Shown here: piece after piece, positions 16,888 to 29,300 of the stretch | Position numbering within the stretch: position 1 is the stretch's first letter | Layout of the letters: each line of letters starts with the position of its first letter | Origin: Chrysomallon squamiferum | Taxonomy: Eukaryota; Animalia; Mollusca | Reading direction: 5' to 3' | DNA length: 64,000 nt | NCBI GenBank assembly: GCA_012295275.1 | Contig: CM022670.1 | Coordinates: 37,758,001-37,822,000, forward strand | Made by a program: the position numbers and the translations under genes | Notes under the pieces: generated by a model | Database searches by the model: none | What the model saw: the letters and a program-made list of their open reading frames with translations, nothing else | Told to the model about the DNA's origin: nothing

Positions 16888-17329
16888 GACTACTTTTAAA
16901 TTAGTCACGCTGTAAGTCGCCACTCGCTTCATTAGTCGTTTCCGTGACGTACTCGTTGAACGGTTTAAGTGAGACTGTTTCTGTATAGAGATAAATCTCT
17001 CACAGAAGTCATTATACCCGTCAAATTAAATTATATTTTTTATTTTTATTTATTTAATTTTCATCTGATATATTATACATGATATTGTAAGAAATTTAAC
17101 TGTTTTAAGAAGTGTATTAATTTGACCGGATATCGTTTAAATAAAATTATGTTCTTTCTTTTCTTCGTTTAATTTTCATCCTGTTTATTATAGATCATAA
17201 TTCTGTGTAGGTAACTTAAGATTTTTAATGAATTAAAAAAGAAGTATGTATTTAGTATATGTATCTAGAAATCCGGTAAATCCAGAAATCCGGAATCCCA
17301 AGCTTGCCGGATAAATGGTTCGGTACCTG
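16786..17329. mobile_element. Non-autonomous DNA transposon (MITE), Tc1/mariner-pogo-like
   Basis: 25-bp TIRs: CAAGTACCGAACCATTTATCCGGCA (16786-16810) and TGCCGGATAAATGGTTCGGTACCTG (17305-17329), 24/25 identical as inverted repeats. TA on the left flank, CA on the right. Subterminal AAATCCGG/AATCCAG repeats at both ends. No transposase. Superfamily is inferred from the CAG terminus and TA flank. Confidence 0.85.
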
Positions 17330-17340
17330 CAGTTTCTTGA

Positions 17341-17590
17341 TAATAATAATAATAATAATAATATTAATAATAATAATAATAATGATGATGATAATAATAA
17401 TGATAATAATGATGATAATAATGATAATAATATAATAATAATGATGATGATAATAATAATGATAATAATAATAATAATAATAATAATGATGATGTAATAA
17501 TAATACTAATAGTAATAGTAATAATAATAATAATAATACAAATAATAATAATATTAATAATAATAATAATTATAATAATAAATATTATTA
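17341..17590. repeat. (TAA)/(TGA) compound microsatellite
   Basis: Visible directly. Confidence 0.95.
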
Positions 17591-18107
17591 TTTTTACTAA
17601 GTTACTGAGTACTGTTATTTGTGTAAACCGCTGACGTGACAAAGAAAGAAAGGATATTGTATTCCTATGTTTCTTTGTGCGAAACAAAGGACACGGTAAA
17701 ACTCGTAATTTCTGGCAATTTTCGTGTGTAGCAAGAACCACGTGTTCGCGCCCGAATGACTCTTAAGAAAACGGTCAGAGGGGAAACCTGACGTTTCGCA
17801 TGCGTACGGTGTGCACGTGACACAAAAGCCAGGAACAAACGAATAAAACATAAACAGCAGGTAAACAAGTTTTACACGGTATTGAGTGTCTTCTCGTACG
17901 TGAATCTGTCAGTTCAGTACTGGTCGTAAACAACATATTTAGGCTTTCTGATGAATCGCAAAGTTTTTGAATTCCTGGTATGTTAGCCTTAGATCTTTAA
18001 CAGCCAAAAAAAAAAAAAAAAAAAAAAATAATAAAAAAATATTAATTAAAAAAAATAATAATAATAAAAAAAAAAAAAAAAAAAAAAGATAATAAAACAA
18101 TTTAAAT

Positions 18108-18149
<42 letters not shown>

Positions 18150-18395
18150 TTGTAATTAATCGAATACCTAAATCGTAATTTCTAAAATGAAATACTGATT
18201 CAAGAAGAAGGCAACTAAGAAATATAATAGACAGAAACACAATTTTAAATATAAAGAAAACAACTTTAATATAAATTTTCATTTATTAGAGATTATAGAT
18301 AAAAAGAGAGAAAAAGACATATTTACACTCAAGGAGAGAACGAAAGAGAAAAAGAGGATCATATTTATTACATCATCATCGTCATCATCATCATC

Positions 18396-18442
<47 letters not shown>

Positions 18443-19679
18443 ATGTTTCATCGAGTAGTGAAAGAAATAAAGGTACAGACGTAGATGTAATAACAGCAGA
18501 CAGTAAATCTTATATAAAATAATTAGTTTTAAATAAAATGTTCACACAGAACGACTTTATGTAATTGTATTTATATCGAGTATAAACATGAGTTGAAACT
18601 GGATGTGAGGTATTTATTAACTCACAGAAATGTAACATCTTGACCATCCATCACTCACGAAATGAATTTGAATCCTATTTTGTGTGTCTGTGTGTAACTA
18701 CTTCTTGTTTTGAAATTTGTCTATATGTTTATGTAATACTATCTGACCGACAAATCCAATTTTTTTATTATGATTAAAATTTTATTTTCCATTAATCTGT
18801 CTGTCTGTCTGTATATATATATGTATGTATGTATGGGTATGTATGTATGTATGTATATATGTATGTATATATGCAGTGCACTTTAAGAGGCAGAAAATGT
18901 GAAGAGATCTTCCCATTTGGATTCACATGCTGCAGATAACCCGATAATATGAAATACGAATTTGTCTGTATGGTACACACATACATACACACACACACAT
19001 CTAATATTATTAATATTTTATTTCAAACATTACAACTATTCTGCCTCACGGCTCAACACCGAACTACGAAATTGTGATGAAAACATGAAAATTACGTTGT
19101 CTGTCGGGGAAGGTCACGAGAAGGTAGGTTACAAAAACTCGTGTATGTTTACAACACACGTTATCCACGACCAGCTAAAAGTACACACGGGGGGCAGTCG
19201 CAGTACAAAGAAATTTTTTGCTGGTAAACAGGTATCGAGTGGCGGCGTTTCGAAGGTGGTGGTGGTGGGTGGGGTGGGTTGTTTGAGACTGGCGGGGTTT
19301 ATCTTGGCGGAACCACCCGACCGTAAGTTATTGGCCGAGACCTGAAACAACTTCAGCGTGGCGTCACGTCTGGGGTGCAAGACGTCGGTTACTGACCTCG
19401 TGATCAAGTGCACAGTCCGTCACAGTTAAAAAAATGTTTCGTATTTTTATTATTTTTTTTTTATTTTTATTTTAAAGTATGCGGCCGAAATGTAAGTACC
19501 GATTGGGGAAAAGCGTTCGTCTGAAGCAGTAGGAGAAATGATCGGAGGTGTATTCCATCCCATGCGGTGCCTTAACTCTGGTATATGCAAGAATTAAGGT
19601 TATGGTACGGGCTGTCCGGCTGTTTGTCATCCGATAGCTAACGACAGAAAATTAATAAATGTTTTTCGCAGACAAAATT

Positions 19680-19870
19680 AAACAACAACAACAACAATAA
19701 TAATAATAAAATAAAAATTAATAATAATAAAATAATACTAATAATAAAAATAATAATAATAAAATAATAAAAATAATAATAATGATGATGAAATGATATT
19801 AATATTAAAATAATGATGATAATAATAATGCTAATGACAAAAATGACGTTGATGATTATAATAAATAATA
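19680..19870. repeat. Degenerate (AAC)/(AAT)/(GAT) microsatellite
   Basis: Visible directly. Confidence 0.85.
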
Positions 19871-21337
19871 AAAGTAAGGCAATGAAATAGTCATGATGCA
19901 GAAATAAATTCACTAACACATCAGATAAATGTTTGGCTTATTTTTCTTTTCACCTTTCCGACCATAGCATGTGAAAATTAACTAGCGATAATTGGGAAAT
20001 TAACTTACCGAAAAAGGAAATTAAAAGCTACTTCGAAATAAGTTTATCGACTGTGGTTGTTTTTTTGGTGTTTTTGTTTGTTTTTGTTGTTTTTTTGTTT
20101 TTTCTGTTGTTTTGTGTTTCTGGAATTTTATTGAATTTTTTGTATTGCTATTATTATTATTATTATTATTTTTTTTTTGTATTTTTATTTATTATTATTA
20201 TTTAAAGGGCGTTGTGAATATATTTGCACAAAATAAAGCGCATCTACCAGTAAGAGATTACATAAATTGCGAACGTCGATCCTGAATGTCTTTTATTTAG
20301 GTCATAATTTTATAACCAGTGAGGCGTGACGATTTTTCACTCCTACGAGGTGTGTCAACAACCTAAAAAAAAGATTAAGTAATGATATGACGTATTATTC
20401 TTCTACTTATTCTTCTACTTATTTATTTATTTATCATAAATATAATTATATGTATTAATAATAGAATACTAATTTGCCTCTTTTTTAAAATTAAACAAAA
20501 AAATGTATTATTATTATAATTATTAATAATAATAATTATTATTATTATTTTATTTTGAATTATATACTTTATTATTAATTAATTTATTTATTTATGTATA
20601 ATACATCTTTTACTTGAACCACATTATTGAACCCTACGATAATCTCCTTATATAATAATATTAATACTCTTAAGCCTACACAAAAACGGATTTTAAATAC
20701 TTCCACAAAAAAAAAAAAATACATTTATACACCCACCCATTCTTTGTTTAGTTACAAGGCTCATGAATCCATTAGCCAATATTTTCTTTTTAAACGAAAG
20801 TAATAAAAAGTTTGTTTGCACCTACACGCACCCATCCTAACGTACATAACGATTGCACAACTACAGGGCAATGAGTCATTTATGCTGAGTTGAACAGAAT
20901 AAAAATAATTTACGAACAGTTTTATGCTGAGCAGCAAAGCAGTGTCAACAAGAGCATGAATAACAAGAAGAAAATAAAAATAAAAATAAATAAATGATGT
21001 TGGAATATGTATTCATGTTTTTACGTCTGCTTGGCTAAGCGTTATGAAAACTAATTCAAATTATTGATATTATTTTTTGCGATTACCTCAGACGCTTCAT
21101 TTTATTAGCTTATGGGGTGTGCATATGTACACATAATTCCATTGTTTTCTCTGATTCATAAATCTTCTTCATTATTTTATTTTTTTTTTTTTTTTTTTTT
21201 TTTATCTTCTCCCTGGGAGTACACAAACTGCACGGTCATTCACGTCAGTCTGAATAGGTGTTTTCCCGCACATTTGTGTTCAACCGCACGTTTTCCCCTT
21301 TATAGATTTCTTCTCGCACCGGCATTCAGCGAGGTCT

Positions 21338-21376
21338 GGCCAATCAGTGCGTGTCGCTTGATCACTGTTATAAATA
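21338..21376 (+). promoter_or_regulatory. CCAAT box and TATA box promoter of the Grx-DEP-DUF547 gene
   Basis: GGCCAATCAG at 21338-21347 (NF-Y consensus) and TATAAATA at 21369-21376, with an Inr-like CCAGTT about 30 nt downstream (about 21400). No ATG between there and 21519. CpG-rich context. Confidence 0.65.
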
Positions 21377-21518
21377 CCAACGTCAGAACGCACATTTCAC
21401 CAGTTGTACACCAGAGTTACTGTCCCTTTGTTATTTCTTCCCTTCGTAGTTCGCCAAACGTAATCGGGAGGCATCGCACTCCGAATCACCAGACTCGATC
21501 GCCTTGAGAACGTTAGAG

Positions 21519-22002
21519 ATGTTGCGACGAATGCGTAATATTTTATCTCTGACGCGTCACTCTCGCGTCCTATCACAGGTCCAATTCCTGGCCGCGCCGA
21601 ACTGCTGTCTACTGCGCCCGGAACCGGTTTCGCTTTTACTTCTGCCATGCGGATGCGGGCGAGGTCATGCGTCTTGGGTAACGGCGAAAGACATGGACTT
21701 CAAAGGCCGCATTGTGGTTTACTCCATCCTGGGATGCCCGCACTGCATGAAATCAAAGAACACGTTGCAGAACCTCAACCTGCCGTACACTGACATAAGT
21801 CTGGACGTTTTCCCCCAGTGCAGAGAGCCGCTGAAAGCGAGGACGGGAAGGCGTACGGTGCCTCAGATTTTCTTTAATGCCTACCATGTTGGAGGAAACG
21901 ACGACTTTCAGGCGTTGGTAAATAATATTTAAAAATATTATTTTTTTTTTTTTTTTTTTTTTTTTTTTGAAAGAAAAATTATGAATTTGAAGAATTTAGT
22001 AA

Positions 22003-22033
<31 letters not shown>

Positions 22034-22664
22034 CACGTTACGATATAATCGATACAGGTGTGTCGAGATATGAATGCTAATTAAAGTATTTATTTATTTT
22101 GTAATGACACAGGTAGATGATGATTATCATTGATTTCTTTTAATGTACATATCGTAGAATATATTATTCTTTTAAGGTGTGGATCAGAATATTGATTCCC
22201 TCTTCATTATATTTAATTTGTTCTCGTTCATCGCATCTGTTTTTATCACCGAGCGTGTTTCTGTGTGTTGTGGTATTGGAAAATGCATATGAATCTCTTA
22301 CAGTCATTAGTCTTAGCACATAATGTTTGCTGATAATTAAGAATGGCTTTTTAATAAATATATAAAGTCTTATGGTTTCACATGTAATATTTATGTATGA
22401 AATGACGTCACGATAACGACGTCTTTATTATTAGAAAAGATTAACAGAACAGAATGACCCAGTTTCAGAAAGTGCTAATGACACAGTATGTATAGTATGT
22501 GCTTATCATTCTGCCATAAATATTTCACTTTCTAATAATAAAACTATTTCAGGCAGATATCACTGTTTGACTGATATAAATAATAAACAATAGATAATGT
22601 TTTCAGACATCTGTCTCAATTAAAAACTGATTTCTTAAGTAAAGAAACGAATTTCATTCATCCT

Positions 22665-22695
<31 letters not shown>

Positions 22696-24384
22696 TTATA
22701 CCGATATTATTAACAGTAATAGCTATTTATTAAATCAAAAGTTGAATGTTTTTAAATTTTAGACTGAGGTAAATAATGATATCACGGGAAGATGAATTAT
22801 GGGTGTGTTTTCAACCAGAAATGAAACTGTTAGGTACACGGTTTAATCAATCTTGATAACGAGACTACTTCCGTATCGTTCTTTTTTTTTTAATTATTAT
22901 TTTTTTTTTCTTCTGCTTATGTATTATAGTGTGTCACATTAAACAGTAGACTGATTTGACAGTTTGGAACAATGTTGTATTATAACGTTAATAACAATGA
23001 CTGGTATAGAGAGAATAAAAAATAAATAAATAAATAAATAAATAAATAAAAAAGGAAATCTATTTTAGCGTTATAGAAATAAAATTGAAAACAAAAATAA
23101 ATATTATTAAATTAAAACATTTAAAAAAAAATAAAATAAAAAATAAAGAACGAAATAAAATTTAAAATATATATATTTAAAAAATAAAGAAAATATATAA
23201 TTAATATATACCAAAAACATAAATAATCATAGTACATCTTCCTGATTAATTTAAACCAGTAACTCCAACACGGAAGGATCCCTCCCTGAACCTGCAAAGT
23301 TAAATTCAGATTTGTTTTCTTAACAGTAAAGCAATAAGAAAAATAATTGAGCTATAAAAACTTGTTTTGCCAGGTATGACATGTATGTGAAAATGCATAC
23401 CTGGGCTTGACATGACCTTGGTCTGTTGATCAGCTGAGAGTCAGTCGCGCGTAACCGGGCGTTGCGGTTAACAACCTTTGGTACAATTGAAGGTGACTCT
23501 CCCTTGGTACAGGACACAAAAATCAATAATCTAGAGAATTCTAATGACTCAACAATTACTTGATTTATTGTCTTGTTTTCTAATCACTGGATAGATAATG
23601 ATGACAAGCTTTCATGATGACAGAAATTTGTTATTTTTTTTCTACCAAATCGAGATAGAATAGAAAACAAGACATTCTTTCCTTTTTATTTTCTTTCTGT
23701 TATTTTTTCCCCTTTTCATTTGTTACATTAACATATTGTACGATCAAAAAAAAAAAAAAAAAAAAAAAAAAAATTATAATTTTAAAAAAGGTCGCTTCAA
23801 ATGTTTTTTTTTTTTTTTTAATACATATCTACTGGGTTAAATAATAATTAATATCGTGTTTAAATTATAATTTGTTTATATGTACTATATAACTTGAGAT
23901 AAATCTCTCTCTCTCTCTCAAACGAAACAAAACGCATTCAGTTCTTGTTTTAATATCGTATAACTCCGATTATTGAAGCTGTATAAAATAAATTGGTTAC
24001 ACAGTTGTTAAGTGCTATTAAGGGGAACGTCACTGTGTTAAACGTCATTTGTCAAAGTGACACACAGTGGAACACTGCTGTTTGATGTAACTCATCAAGA
24101 CATACTCGGCGTATCAGACGACAGGTCGAACAAAAGATAATTTTAAAACACACTCTACTTGACCTGAGTCTTTCTGACCTGCGAGCATTTTACCTTATAA
24201 ATTACATTGAAACGATCGTAAAGCGCGATTAGATTCATACCAGATGTTTATGATAGATTTAAGGATCGTAATCCCTGTTTTGTCAGATGCCTGTACTGAG
24301 TGTTTGTGACATTTGATATGTTTGTTAGTGCAGTTATAACAAAGCGTAAAATTAAATTTCATGAATCATTGACAGAACGTTTGT

Positions 24385-24437
<53 letters not shown>

Positions 24438-25027
24438 GGATAACTTTTAGATCCTAAAACAATAAGAAATAATAATAAGAAGAAAAAAAAAAATAAATAA
24501 TTTTAAGAGTTATTACTTTTTGCATCATGGTATTAAAAAAACTGCAAAGTCATTATATGTGTTTTTTTTTTAATTTTAAATTATTATTATTATTTATTAA
24601 ATACAGTATTATTCATACGTTTTTATTACAGTTATTTGCGTTCATTTTGAAAACGCAGACAGTCCTAGTTAATATTTTATGAGAATTAATTTTAATACAT
24701 TCAGGTAAAAGACAAAAAACGTCTTCAGCAGCTGATTGACGATGTAAAGAACAATGAACCACCTGCAGACGCACCTGTACCACCTGACCCCACCACTGCA
24801 GTGCAAGATGCAGGTAAGCTGCATTAATTAGATATTGATTATAATAAGTGATGAATTAATAATTCATGTTACATCTCACAGTATTTGCAGAACAAATTTA
24901 TAAAAATATTCTGCGTTAAATGAAAACGAACGTTTTTTGGTTCATTTTTTAATTTATTTTAAAAATCTTCCATAATTGTAGTACATGTATATAGTATATA
25001 TTATTTTTATTACTATTACTATTATTA

Positions 25028-25061
<34 letters not shown>

Positions 25062-25400
25062 CATTCTCACTATTATCATTATTTTTATCATTATTATTTT
25101 CATTATATTATTATTATTACAATTATTATTATCATCATTGTTATTATTATTAATATTATTATTATCATTATTATTATTATTGTTTTATTATTATTATTAT
25201 TTTTACTATTTTGACAGCTCCTGGTGAGTTTGTGTGTGAGCCAGACGAATATGCTGGATTAGTGAAGGAATTGCGGAAGAGTGGACTAATCAAAGATCAC
25301 TGGCACGGCATCCGAGTGTACAGGAATTCCTTCATGGGTCGTGAATTTGTAGACTGGGTGGTGAAGACAAAACACCTGAGTAAGTATCTCAAAACTACTC

Positions 25401-25437
<37 letters not shown>

Positions 25438-26367
25438 ACACACACAGACACACACAGACACACAGACACACACACAGACACACACAGACACACACACAGA
25501 CACACACACACACACACAGACACACACACACAGACACACACACACACAGACAGACACACACACACACATACATAAAACGTAATATATATTATGAAGATTA
25601 TTTCATTCCATTCAGAATCGTCCTGGAAAATGTTAGTAAAAACATTGTTCATTGAGATATTATCACTTTGTTGGACGAAGTTACACGTATATTTTGTTTG
25701 TGTACTTTATTGTACAGCTTATTTAAATTTGAAAACATTAAAATATTTTTAAATTTCACAATATTGTTGTACAACTTTTAAATTTGAAAATATTATTGCA
25801 CTCCAGTAACATTGTGGTATATATTTTCCATTTTCAAAAACTTATTGTACAAATTTTCTATTATGTTTTTAAATCTAAAAATATTACTGTACAAAATGTA
25901 ATAAAAAAACACCAGTACATTCTGAAAATAAATTTCCAGTATTTATTAAGAGTAATAATGATGACCATTAAAAAAAATAAAAAAAAAAAAAAAAATAAAA
26001 AAAAAATAAAATATATAAAATAAAAAACCATTAATGCTTTTCAGAAAGGTCTTTGCTAATATTCATTATGTTATTTATTATTTTTATTTTTATTAACATT
26101 TTGTTAAATACCTGTATTAACACATGAGTTTACAATCTGTTGTTTCAGGTAGAGCAGACGCTGTGCTGATGGGTCAGGCATTGATAGACAATCATTTTGG
26201 ACACACAATACAGTCAGGTGTCTCGTTCAAAGATGATGACATCTATTTCAGACTACTTGACGATGAAGAAAGTTCTGCTCTGAACTCAGGACCAATGTCA
26301 GACTGTGAACCCAGATCAGGTTTGTGAAATCTTTTTTATAATATACCATTTTATAATATGTCATTTA

Positions 26368-26398
<31 letters not shown>

Positions 26399-29300
26399 TA
26401 TCATTATGTTATCTGTATTACATCGAAATGTAAAAACAGAATGTTATGAAGGAAAACTAAATGTATGTATATATATATATATATATATATGTATAAATAT
26501 ATATTTTTTTTCTGTAGTTTTTATTGTATGGAAATTTAAGTCATTTAGATTACTGTTTATATGTAACTAATACCATGACCAAAATATCATCTGTATAGAA
26601 ATTATTATATTCAGTTATTTTCACAAATGTTGTGTTGTCTGAATAGTTGAAGAAGAATGAATATACAGGTTTCATTAAAAAAACAACAACAAGTTTTTGT
26701 TTTTAGTATTAATCAAGTAATTTTAAATAATTAATTGATGTTACAGCTGTGGAACTGGGTGAAGAAATAAGAAAAATAATAGCAAAAATCTGCAGAGCTT
26801 TCCTGTCATCTGATGGAAAGGTTTGTAAACATTGTTAATAATTAATGATAAGAATATAGTAATAACAATAATAATAATAAGAAGAAGAAGAAGAAGAAGA
26901 AGAAAATTATGATATTAAAATAGGTTTAAATGAAAAGAAAATATGAAATATTAAATTCAGTATATGTAAATTAAAATATTAAAAATTAAATTATTAGTAA
27001 TATGCAGAATAAATGAGTATAAAACAAATATAAAAACAAGAAATAAAAAATAGTAAAAACAAGAAATGAATTAAAATACTTTATTTTTTTATCAGTGTTA
27101 AAATAGTTTAATTTTGTTTCTGTATTTAAATACAAAGCAGTTTAATTTTCTTACAAGCATTAAAATAAAAAATAGTTTAATTTTCTCACAAGTTTTAAAA
27201 TATATAAAATAATTACATCAGTATTAAAATATTAATTTACCAAAAATAAGCATTTGTTAACTTTATAAATTTTATTTATAAAACATTAAACAATTTCTAC
27301 ACAGAGTGTTCACCATCTTAACCATGTTAAGTTGCTGTATTTCAGAGACTGGACTACAAAGGTATTGGCAGCAGCACAGAATTTATTCACTATCTCCGCC
27401 TCACCAAGGAACTGCAGAGAGTGCACATTGCACCGTGCACACGCGAGGAGAAGCTCTCCTTCTTCATCAACATCTACAACTCACTCGTCATCCACGCCAA
27501 CATCGTCCGTGGACCTCCTGCCAACTTGTGGCAGCGTTACAAAGTATGTCGGCCACTGAGTTTCTTGTATTTCTATTGTTATCAAAACAGTAATGTGATA
27601 TACTGTATTTTCAGTACCTCATATGACATAATTATGATAATTATATTAATAATGTGCTCATTATTACATGTTAAATACTTCTTGTGCCTAACTTCCCAAA
27701 AGGTTAGTGTAGGCTGTAGTTCAGTGGTTGATTCAGAAGTCATTGGTTAATGGTTTTTATCTCCTTATCATACCATTTAAACGATTTCCAGTTCTAAACA
27801 AAGATCAACTCAGTGCTATGTCCTGTGTATTTTCCTGCATACAGATGCTTTAATATCTTATTTCAACTCTGTGTAGATTCCTAAATTGATCTGTGTGTCA
27901 GTTAACATCCAACAGCTTCAAGAATATTTTACAGATTTGATGATAGTATTATTATTATTATTTTTTTTTTTTTTCAATATTTTCCAGTTCTTCCATACAG
28001 TGAAATACATTATTGGTGGCTATGACTATTCTCTCCAGGACATTGAGAATGGGGTTCTCAGAGCTAACAGGAAAGGAATTGGTAAGACAGACATTTTTCT
28101 TCACAGTTGTTATCATTAAACAAGCAGAAAATGTTTTTATGTAAACCTAATACTTTAAAAAAATGACCTTCACCAGTTGTACAAAGATGGCTGTCAACTA
28201 GTCATCAATAAGATTAGTGTGAACAATGTCACAGACACCAATTTTCCTCAGTGTTTGGTTGTGGTTGTCATTCATCTTGTATCATGCCCAGAATCAATGA
28301 TAATCTTATTGTTCAATGATTTAACAATTAAAAGATGTCAGAGAGATTTTGATGAAGTCAAAAATTAGTTTACTGATTTTTTTTCTCTGTTGGTTTCAGG
28401 GATGTTGTCAAAGCCATTTTCACACGATGATCCACGTCTGGAGGTGGCTCTGAAGGAGTGTGAACCCCTCAGTCACTTTGCTCTGGTGTGTGGAGCCAGC
28501 AGCTGTCCTCCTGTGAAAACCTACTCAGCAGAGGTAAGTGTCTGCTTAAATCACTGGTTAAATCACTGGTCTTAAAGAGTATTTGTTTTGTTTAGCTTTG
28601 ATTGGCCACGCAATAGCCAGTTTTTTTTTTGTTGGGGTGTTGTTAAACAAACAAACAGTTCTGTTGTCTTAAAGATGGTAGAGATTCTTTGATCTGCTAA
28701 TTTCTCATATTTGCATAGTATGAACACTGATTAAACTTGTATCTCTAGTTATTACTAATCTTTTAATGCATCAACACAGTTAAAGGAAAATAGCCTAAAT
28801 TATGATAATTCTGATGATGATAATTCTTCTGAAGCAAATTAGAATAATGTAAAGACATTAATTTCTGTTTTGAAGAGAACTGACTAAATACACAACTAAA
28901 ACTACAATAAACCATAACCAATCTTTTAACCAGCTAACCCTAATTATGTTCTGAGAAACACAGAAAAGTGTTTGGAATCTGTAGGACAAGAGAAATTTTC
29001 TTTATAACTATTCCTTCAAAACCTTGTGTTAGAATTTACCAATCCAAGTTACTGTAAAATCAGTTTAAACTATAGTCCTTGTTGTTACTCATTTTGTGCT
29101 AAAAGATGCTCAGTTCATGCCACTAATTCACTGCTTTGTCACTGTTGTTGTCGTAGTTGTTGTCATTGCTGCTGTTGTTATCATTATAATAGTTGTTATT
29201 ATAACTGTGGTAGTTGTTACGATTGGACTAAACAAAGGTTCTTGTTTCAGAACATTGACAAGGAGCTGTTGATGGCAACCGAAGCTTTCTTGGAAGGCGA

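Noticed and set aside
21397-21648. 83-aa antisense ORF overlapping the Grx gene 5' end
   Set aside because: No recognisable homology; expected by chance in GC-richer DNA opposite a coding frame.
27700-27860. Possible decayed tRNA-derived SINE; similar fragments at about 28610-28660 and 36080-36130
   Set aside because: A and B boxes are too degraded to support without a repeat library.
29026-29250. Metallothionein-like Cys-rich ORF in frame with exon 9 of the Grx fusion gene
   Set aside because: It derives from a decayed (TGT/TGC) repeat in intron 8. No phase-0 AG acceptor exists between the upstream stop (29005) and the true acceptor (29250), so it cannot be spliced in frame.
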